Shown: in pieces, positions 54,083 to 64,000 of the stretch
Layout: the number at the start of each line of letters is the position of its first letter
How positions within the stretch are numbered: the first letter of the stretch is position 1
Assembly (NCBI GenBank): GCA_964016885.1
Contig: OZ024740.1
Location: 242,234,001-242,298,000, forward strand
DNA: 64,000 bases
DNA from: Eledone cirrhosa
Lineage: Eukaryota
Direction: 5' to 3'
Notes under the pieces: generated by a model
What the model saw: only the letters and a program-made list of their open reading frames with translations
Database searches by the model: none
What the model was told of the DNA's origin: nothing
Position numbers and translations under genes: made by a program

Positions 54083-54287
54083 ACAAATGTAACCCCTGCC
54101 CCCAAAGGAGCACATTTTATATCTGTATTTCTATTTGTTATTTTATTAATCATATTTTATCTACAAACTTTTGATACAGTGGAATCACACTCATACACAC
54201 ATCATCACACATACAAACCACAAAACATTAACATGCCTTCTGAATCTTTATTTTGAATAAAATAACTGTGAATACAGTTAGTTGCTA

Positions 54288-54723
54288 TAAATAGCTTAGA
54301 AAATCCGATAAAGATACTTTATAGACGGAAAAATTTGTCGGCGGCCGCTGCCAGGGTTGGAACCTCATATCTCTCAGATACTGACTGAGTGCTCTAGTCA
54401 TTGAGCTAAGGAACCTCTGACAGCAATCACCGTCTTTACCTGAAGGTATTTAAGTTATATCTCTTCATCTGAGTATTCTGTATCTTCTATGACATTCAAA
54501 ATCCCTCAACGCTTCAGACATTCCAACGTTGCATATGCTGTTTAGTTTCATTTTCAAAGATATTCGATTCAACTTTCTAATCGAGACGCTGAATGTTTTC
54601 AGAGGTCCCTTAGCTCAATAGCTCGTGCATTTAGCCAGCATTTGAAAAATATAAGGTTCGATTGCTCGTAGCTGCCGACATTAAATTCCTTCCGTCTATT
54701 TACACTATTTTCTAAGCTATTTA
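54288..54723. mobile_element. Element with inverted tRNA-like arms
   Basis: 54288-54420 inverted versus 54599-54723; arms contain CTTAGCTCAAT..GGTTC; related copy at 14570-14690. Confidence 0.55.
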
Positions 54724-55442
54724 TGGCAAGTGGTTGCATTTGCAGCTATTTTTCTGCGTCTATGTATACTACATTTTCTATGGAATTTATAATCCCTCAG
54801 CACTTCAAAGGTTTCGAACTTTGCATATAATGTTTGTTTACATATGTGTATATATATATATACATATGTGAGAAAACGACCGAGGCTGTGCCGATTCTCT
54901 TTGACTATCTTCGTATACCTATTTATATATACATACACACGCACACACACACACACGCACACATATACACACACACACATATATATGTGTGTGTGTGTGT
55001 GTCTGTGTGTGTGTATGATGATGGCTAAAACTCGATTTCGAGTATGCCATCGCTTAAGTATCGCTTAAGCATGAGTATCAAGTGGCTTTTTAGTCCTGCT
55101 AGGAACTTGCCTATGGCCAGCAATGCCATGCATCGCAAAAAATGTCACATATCATGCCTGTTCTTGAAGTTTTTTAAGTGAGGAGAGGCTTTGCACGGGG
55201 CCAGTTCCACTCTCTGAACATTTAATGCATTTATCCAAAAAGTAGAACTGGTCTACATCATTGAATGCAAACGAAGTCACAGGTTTTATACCAGAGTGAT
55301 CTTCTCCTAGAGAGATGTCTTAATGAAGACTAGGAGAGTCTAGCTCCACAAAAGAAATAAAATACTTTATTGGATGGCCGTTGACTCTCCTGAGGCCCTT
55401 GACCCTTTTATGGGCTTGTTTTTCATCCCGCAGTGTGTCCAA

Positions 55443-55655
<213 letters not shown>

Positions 55656-55660
55656 CATAC

Positions 55661-55737
<77 letters not shown>

Positions 55738-55740
55738 CAT

Positions 55741-55837
<97 letters not shown>

Positions 55838-55909
55838 GTAATAATAATAAATTTCAAGACTAAGGGTGAAAGCAGCGATTCTTTGCTTAAACTTTAATCT
55901 GTTATTTTA

Positions 55910-55986
<77 letters not shown>

Positions 55987-56209
55987 CATATATATATATG
56001 TATGTGTGTATATATAGATATATATGTATGTGTGTATATATATATACTATATGTATCTGTGTATATTTAGATATATATATATGTGAGTGTGTATATAAAT
56101 GTATATATGTATCTGTGTATATATAAATATATATGTGTATGTATATTTATATATATATGTATATATGTGTATATATGTGTATGTATATTTATATATATAT
56201 GTATATATA

Positions 56210-57130
56210 CTAGATGGCCCGTCCGGCTGGCGTCCGACTAGTTACACCAGCATTATATCTTTTCACCCCCCCCCCCCCTCCACTCCAGTGCAAAGATACA
56301 GCACGCCCTCTCATGTCTGCGAGGTTGGGGTGGGGGGTTTGTGGGGGGTTAACGTGCTCTGGTGTTGGGTTTGAATAGTTTTTAGGATTCCCCAGTTCAG
56401 CAGCCAGTACGTTAAAGAAAATTGATAGTTACAACAATAAAGGCTGAACAGAGAACACATTTTTTAACAAACAATAATTTGTACAACCATAATAGAAATT
56501 CCAAGTAACAGAAAATACATAAATTAGATTGTTAGTGCCTCAGAGTATACAATATTTTTTGTTCGGTGATGAAGAGATTGTTTGGCGAGCTCACCCTAGA
56601 GCATCCTACATGGGAGAAGCATGGTTTTCCCAGATGAAGGGCAGCCACTTTTAGGGTTTGACTGTAAGCTTTGTTGATGGTAATCGCGAAGCTTAGTCTT
56701 ATTGGAAACTGAAGTCGCTTAACATGTCCTGTAACTGGTGGATGATTTCAAGTCTGGTTCCTGGGATGGCCCGTGGCGACGTATCGCTTGTGAATCTGCA
56801 TCTCCAATGAAGTAGATTTGCAAAAACTTGTGGTCTTCGTCGGTCAGAGGTAGGAGACTTCCAATCGTGTGGAATTGGCCCTGTATTTTAAATGTGGGCA
56901 TGTATCCGTACTTTCGTGAAATAAATAGGCTTTTGTTTTTGTGTATGCAAAAATATCCGTACACAAATATACATATTAAAATAACAGATTAAAGTTTAAG
57001 CAAAGAATCATTGCTTTCACCCTTAACGGGATCTTCTGAAACTAAAAAAATCAATCTGTGAACGCAGAAGTAAATATTTCGAAAAGCGTTATCTAATGCA
57101 GACAGCCAGACATACAGAGACATATTATAA
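56210..57130 (-). mobile_element. Internally deleted Helitron
   Basis: Minus strand: MPTFKIQGQFHTIGSLLP..KFLQIYF (N-terminal) next to QFPIRLSFAITINK..PCFSH..SRV..KNIVY (helicase C-terminus); 3' end ..CCGGACGGGCCAT-CTAG|T at 56210. Confidence 0.82.
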
Positions 57131-57509
57131 GGGCGCGATGTCATAGCTATGTATCTATCTAAAAAGACAGACTAAGAAAAAGTGAGAAATGTCGTATAAC
57201 CGGAAGTGTTGACATTTGAAATTTTAAAGAAGTGAATATTTAAATAATGTCTTTAATCTTTTAACAAAATTGAGTAGTCAAAAATACCCTCACCTTTTTA
57301 CGTGGAAAAAGTTACATCTATGGTGCAATTTTGGTGCTATTTGGTCCAGCCATTTGGCGAAAAGTTTGTTACATACATACGGCCGTCAGCTTTATATATA
57401 TATATATATATATATTACCACTGTATCACGTGTTAATTCCTCCCTTCACCTCTAGAGATTTTCTCACATGTTACGAACACGTCAAGAAACAGTCCTACTA
57501 TTCTAAGGG

Positions 57510-57598
57510 TCTCTTGATAAGCCGTACCAACCTCACAGCGATAATGCATTTTTATAGTGCAGAAAGGTGCACACGGATTGGCGAAACACCAGTCGGGA
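57510..57598 (+). ncRNA. Type I hammerhead ribozyme, U3-A8 core
   Basis: tctc-TTGATAA-gcc..ggc-GAAAC-acca-GTC-ggga. Confidence 0.75.
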
Positions 57599-57984
57599 TC
57601 TTGAAGAAGAAATAGGTATATTTTTGTCTATTATTTCCACATATCTTGTAATTTGATAAATAGCTCTGATTTTTGAGTTATTTTAATTATTTTGATTATT
57701 TTAGCTCTTTCGGTCATCGAGCAAAATTGTTAAGGCAGACATCACACACACAGATATACATATATATATATGTGTGAGTATTTCATTATTATATTGTCAC
57801 AAACTCCCCTATGGTTAAGCCAGGAGTGCACTAACTGTTTTTTCTAGCAAATACGTTATTCGCTCACTGTTCACCTTACTACCCGTCTATGACCACTGTG
57901 TCATGTATTAATTCTTCCCTCCACCTCTAGAGATTTTCTCACTTACTACGAACGCGTCAAGAAACAATCCTTTTTTCTGAGGGG

Positions 57985-58073
57985 TCTCTTGAGAAGCCGT
58001 ATCAACCTCACAGCAATGATGCATTTTTATAGTGCAGAACGTTGCACACGGATCGGCGAAACTGCAGTCGGTA
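57985..58073 (+). ncRNA. Type I hammerhead ribozyme, U3-A8 core
   Basis: tctc-TTGAGAA-gccg..cggc-GAAAC-tgca-GTC-gg; palindromic ACTGCAGT. Confidence 0.72.
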
Positions 58074-58128
58074 CTTGGAAGAAAAATTAGGTATATTTTT
58101 GTCTATCATTTCCTCAAATTTTGTAATT

Positions 58129-58202
<74 letters not shown>

Positions 58203-58639
58203 GATAACAAGTTATCGTTATAGGTAATCCAGTTAGAGGTTGTGAGTACTCTTGTACAGCCAACCATGTTACTCTTCATTCTTTAACTATATATATATAT
58301 ATACATATATCGTGGCTGCCAACTCGTTTTCGAGTACGGCCACTACTTTATATCCATGTAGGAGGACCCTTACCGATGCGCTGAACGAGTGTGACTTTTT
58401 AGTCCAGCCAGCGACTTGAAAACTCTGGTACAAATACTACACTTGTGACAATTATTGACACATAATGCTGGGCCCATGGTACCATGTGACGACAAATGCA
58501 GAGAGATCTCCAGATATAAAGCAATGCCTGTGCCGTGAAGCTTTTATAGTGAGCAAAGGCACTGCACAAAGCCAGTCCCACTCTCTTAACCAAGATGATA
58601 TTTACCAAAAAGAAGAACAAGTCAACATAATTGGATACC

Positions 58640-58825
58640 ATCAGGGTTGGAGGTCTTATATCAGAGTTTTCCTTCTCCTAGAATTCTGCCTTGACAAAGG
58701 CTAAGGGGTCATCTCTCACGGTGATTTTGGATGGCCATTGACTCTTAAGAGCTCTTTTGCCCTTTGACAGTACAACCTGTCTCATGGTCGGGTCGTTGGC
58801 GACTAAACTGGCAACCCCACCAAGG
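58640..58825 (+). repeat. Dispersed repeat resembling an RTE 5' UTR (related copy 55280-55435)
   Basis: Shared CAGAGT..CTTCTCCTAGA..GGATGGCC.TTGACTCT. Confidence 0.45.
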
Positions 58826-59001
58826 TCCGAGTAATGAAACAAAATCTTTTTTTTTTCTTTATCCGGACCTTTTCTCGGTTTCCCCTTCGTGATGCTGACT
58901 CTATTTTGTATTCCTGAAGAAGGGTTTAAGCGCTACACGTCGAACTTTCTTTCCTCTTTCAAATATAAACACGTTTCGTACTTCTGTTTGTTGTCTCCTT
59001 G

Positions 59002-59049
<48 letters not shown>

Positions 59050-59134
59050 ATATAAATAGGTATACAATGCTTGTCAAAAGAATCGACACAACCTCGGATG
59101 TTTTCTCACTCAGTCAATGATAGAAATAGGTTTG

Positions 59135-59325
59135 TCGGTGAATTAGCAGTATCAGTAGAGGGTCGGACGCCATGCTTTGACGCATAGAGTTACAGCCCTT
59201 GCCATTCTGAGTTCAAATCCCGCCGAGGTTAATTTTGCCTTTCATCCTTACGGGGTCGATAAAATAAAGTACCAGTAATGAACTAGGTATTTGCTGGCCT
59301 TGTACTAATAGTAGAAACAATTATT
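59135..59325 (+). mobile_element. tRNA-derived SINE
   Basis: Head, core and tail present. Confidence 0.87.
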
Positions 59326-59549
59326 AAAATTGCATACCCATCAACCAGAATGTACACATTCCTGAAATCAGCAAGAAAAACGGTATGATAATAACATTTC
59401 AAAACTCCGGACCAAAACATGGTTTCTGCAATTCCGACTGGAACCTTCCTTCACTGAAATTAATGTCAGAAGACATTACGTAATTTGACTCGAAATTGTT
59501 TCCTCAACGACTGTTAGACTCGCACGAATGTTAGACTCCTACACACACA

Positions 59550-59724
<175 letters not shown>

Positions 59725-59740
59725 TGTGTATATATATATA

Positions 59741-59833
<93 letters not shown>

Positions 59834-60457
59834 GTGTGTTCATGCCTCACTTTCCTTTAGTCTATGTATATACTTATCGCTTGAAGGAGTGTCTGGGGAC
59901 TCCCAGGAATGCGTGGGCGCAGAAGATATATATATAATATTTCTTCATAAACCTATCCTACATCTAAATACAACATACTAAATCTACCCTAAAAGAAACC
60001 CAATTACAATTCCATGTTTAAACATATTGAATTTAAAACCAGTTTGCTATACTGCTACTAAAACAACGAAGTTCATCAGGCCTCATTTGCTTTCAATATT
60101 TGGTTTCTGTTGAGGTATTGGCTACCAGATAAATTACTACTATAAAGTCTATAGTTCTCTAAATACTACCAACAGAAAGACCCTACGTATTAGAGACCTT
60201 AATCATGAATGGTAATCCACACGGTATAGATGTAGGATAAAATATATATATATTTTTTTTTCTTTATACAACCCTACACAACAACATAATACAATTGGCC
60301 AGGAAAAAAAAGAAGTTAATTAAAACCTTAACATAAAGACCCTTTGTACCACAGGCCTTCCAGCATGGAGCTAGACCACACAGTATCAGCTGAATGATAC
60401 ATTATATAGAATGAAAGGTTTCTCTCCTCCCCTCTCTCTCTCTGTATATATATATAC

Positions 60458-60488
<31 letters not shown>

Positions 60489-60522
60489 CATATATATGCA
60501 TATATATATACATGTAGATATG

Positions 60523-60553
<31 letters not shown>

Positions 60554-60623
60554 ATACATATATATATATACATATACATATGTATATATACATACATATA
60601 TATATAGAGAGAGAGATACATAA

Positions 60624-60654
<31 letters not shown>

Positions 60655-60669
60655 CATATATATATATGC

Positions 60670-60700
<31 letters not shown>

Positions 60701-60809
60701 CACATATATATATATATGCATATATATATATATATACATATATACATATATATATATATTTATATATACATATATACATATATATATATACATACATACA
60801 TATATATAT

Positions 60810-60920
<111 letters not shown>

Positions 60921-61077
60921 TACATATATACATATATATATATACATATATACATATATATATACATATATATACATATATACATATATATATACATATA
61001 TATATATACATATATATATATACATATATATATATACATACATATATATATACATATATATATATTTATATATACAT

Positions 61078-61248
<171 letters not shown>

Positions 61249-61337
61249 ATGTATATAGTTCAAGGTTAGAAGAGAAGGCAAACACAAAGTATTATTAGTT
61301 TCAAGTGTGTGGGATATGAAAAAGTAAAAAAATATTG

Positions 61338-61373
61338 TCTCGACGTATCAGACGCTAGTTCTTTGTCAAGAGA
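61338..61373 (-). ncRNA. Ultra-minimal hammerhead candidate, U3-A8 core
   Basis: Minus strand: tctc-TTGACAA-aga actagcg tct-GATAC-GTC-gaga; one core change (GAAAC>GATAC). Confidence 0.55.
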
Positions 61374-61619
61374 GAGAGGGAGAGAGAGAGATGTTAGTGG
61401 AAAGAGGAGGCTGGAATAGGAAAAACATATGTGTGTATGTGTGTACTTCAGCTAGAATTGGATGAAATCTAGTTAGACTGAAATTTTAATACTTTGGCTT
61501 ACTCTCCAAGTGGGGCGTTAATAAATATTATTGAGAAAGACTAAATACACATTTCAACATTAGATCAATTGAAATTAATGTAATACTTAGATATTATTGT
61601 TTCTTATATTATATACATT

Positions 61620-63310
61620 GACCTTCGCTATTTTAACATCTCGGCTCGAATTTCAACTTCCCCGGAGGCCTTGACATATTTGAGCTCTTTAATTGCTCTT
61701 GTGACCTCAGACTCTGTGAGCTTAGTCATCGCTCTCTGACGCACCTCATGTTCAACAGCAGATGTTATGACCGGGATTAGGAAGACAGCAAATTATTCTC
61801 TCTACCTCGCAAGGATGCACCTCACTGAAGAAAGAAGAACCCCAGACGCGTTCTTGATAGCTGGAGTGGAGGATGACTTCTTATGACGAAGTCGGTGGTT
61901 GGTCTGCCAGAATACTTTATTTGCTGATCTGAAGTCGGATTCCAGCTTAACCTCAAAATCCCCCCCATGTCTTAACTTTGGACGCCATTACTGCTTCTGC
62001 TGCAACTTTTTGAGTCTGCTAGTGCCACTAGCACAAGAAAAAGAACTTATTTCCCAGCCAACTTTGTACGCCTCATGCTATGCTCGGATAGCACCTTCAA
62101 CCACTTGATTGGACCACGGGTCCCCTATCACCCTACCCTATACCAAGCCGCTTTCGCCCGCATTTTTTAACTGCTGAAGCAGAGCCTGTCTATCTAAACA
62201 GTATCCACTCCGTTTTAACGCCCTCAGTTTGTTCAGGGAGATTTGGGGGCAATATTATCAACAAATCTGTTCTTGACTTTCTTATCTTGCCGCGCTTTAT
62301 CCTATGGGTCGAATTGGACCTGCAGGTTTTGTGGGCTCTCTTCGCGTTAGGTTAGTTCAAGCTGCAGATAACTAGATGGGGATCAGTTGAAATCCAGCAC
62401 AGAATCGAAGAGATCTGAGACAATACCAAAATCAATTATTGATATCTGTCCCTGATTCCCCTTATACCATGTATATTTGTGGATGTCTCTGCTGGAAAAA
62501 GGTGTTCATAATAGAGCTCATTACTTAAGCAGAAGTCTAATAAGGTCCCTTCATTCGTATTGTTCCTTCCAACCACTCTTTTCTATGTCAGGTGGTCAGT
62601 ACCAACATGTTATTTGAAGTCTCACATTAGGATATATGACTTAGTCTTAAATACATATAACGTTGCAGTGATTTCATCAAGGAAGCATCTACATTTGAGC
62701 TATCTGTTTGGCCCAGCCTAAGTTTCAAAAGGCAAATCTTCCTTCCCAATGGATTGTGAGTATCCCCACTATCGCCGGTGCAGTAATTTCTGGCGCCACA
62801 TCAAAATAGTTGAATTCCATCCTTCACCCAAATCTACAGTACCAGAGCCACGGAACTTTGTTCAGGAAACCCCGACTATATCTAGCCGGTAACATCTAGC
62901 CTCCTCCACTAGTTCCTACTTCTTGCCTGTAAGGGTTGTAACGTTACAGTTACCAATTGTTAAGGTTTGCACCCTTCCGAACCCTTTCTGGGGTCTCGAG
63001 ATACGTAATTTTCATGCATATATCCCATACCTCCCGAGACAGGTTGCAAACCTACAGCCAGTTTTTGCATAGTTGGATGGAGACTACAATATATTTCTCG
63101 AACAGGCCCCTCTACCTAAGGGCTGAACAAGTCCCTTGTTATCAAGCGCGAAGGATGATGCAGTATGACAAACTTTGTTGTATCTAGACATATTGCCAAT
63201 CAACAATTTGCTACTTTCCTCAGGCTATTTGTCCGGGATTGCTTATTCATCCGGCAGGAGTCCGCTTATATCGCAACTAGCCGTCATACCTGGTGGTCGT
63301 AACGCTGTCT
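61620..63310 (-). mobile_element. RTE-like LINE 5' segment (UTR, APE endonuclease, linker), inverted
   Basis: Minus strand ~62957-62845: IGNCNVTTLTGKK*ELVEEARCYRLDIVGVS*TKFRGSG; ends ~61690-61630 with KELKYVKASGEVEIRAEMLK. Confidence 0.8.
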
Positions 63311-63329
63311 GCCACCTGAATAGATCTGG

Positions 63330-64000
63330 CTGCCGTGTGTGATTCAGGTGGATTGGATTACTTGATAGGCACCAAAGTAATAACAATCGAGAGTGATAAT
63401 CCGAACTTTCCAAAATGGAGACGATAGATTTCCCCAATTACAGAGAGGTCTCCTTGTTAATCATCCCCGGCAAAGTCTATGGCAAAGATGTGTAGCGAAG
63501 TTGTCGAGTTCAAGCTAACTAACGAACAGTGGGGTTTTCGCTCCGGACGCAGCACACCCAACTAAATATTCTCACTGCGGCAGGTCTTTGAGAAATCGTG
63601 GGAGAATTGCCAAAATGTGTATTTTTGCTTCATAGAACTCGAAAAGGAATAATCACCACGTTCCACGGGACCTGCTGTGGAAGGTTCTACAGGAGTATGG
63701 GATCGGGAGACAACTTCGTTTCTGAAATACAAGTGTCCGAATTTTGTGTTCGAATATATGGTGCTACGTTAAAACCAATCAATGCAGGTGTCGGACTCCG
63801 CCAAGGGTGCGTGCTGTCACCACACCTGCTCATAATCTTCATGAACTGGATTGACATGCGCTGTCGATTTGGAAGTGGTATCACGACTGGCTGGTGTAGG
63901 ATCAGTCGGCTGCATTTTGCAGACAGCATGATACTACTTAATTCGTCAGAACATGCACTCGACAGATTTGATGCCGGGTGATGCATGGGTGGAATGAAAA
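63330..64000 (+). mobile_element. RTE-like LINE RT segment
   Basis: VII.TFQNGD, NYREVSLLIIPGKVYGK, EQWGFRSGRST, GLRQGCVLSPHLL, ISRLHFADS. Confidence 0.85.

Larger units (their letters stand above)
57420..58131 (+). mobile_element. Retrozyme-like element, diverged homolog of 27682-28565
   Basis: Direct repeats ~57420-57657 and ~57896-58131 (offset 475), each with a hammerhead; (TA)n on both flanks. Confidence 0.8.

Overview
Eukaryotic, AT-rich, repeat-saturated DNA; the SINE families and (TA)n/(CA)n load suggest an octopod cephalopod (inference). Almost all ORF-track entries are microsatellite artefacts. Decayed mobile elements dominate: a Tx1/L1 3' half, two Penelope-like elements (RT + C-terminal GIY-YIG) with inverted terminal repeats, a Rep/Pif1 Helitron plus two non-autonomous Helitrons, a Ty3/Gypsy element with an unusually long tRNA-Trp PBS, solo LTRs, CRE-like and R4/Dong-like endonuclease fragments, an RTE LINE with a twin-priming-type inversion, and about 20 tRNA-derived SINEs. 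The main hidden layer is a set of roughly 15-20 type I hammerhead ribozyme folds, read by eye, mostly inside short non-coding elements bounded by (TA)n. Many carry the compensatory U3-A8 core (TTGANAA instead of CTGANGA) and a palindromic stem III. Two homologous ORF-less elements (27.7-28.6 kb, 57.4-58.1 kb) hold two ribozymes in direct repeats 593 and 475 nt apart, a retrozyme-like layout predicted to release unit-length, possibly circular, RNAs. One probable host first exon (TATA box, signal peptide, GT donor) lies at 48.6 kb. All folds and alignments were done manually and no database search was run.
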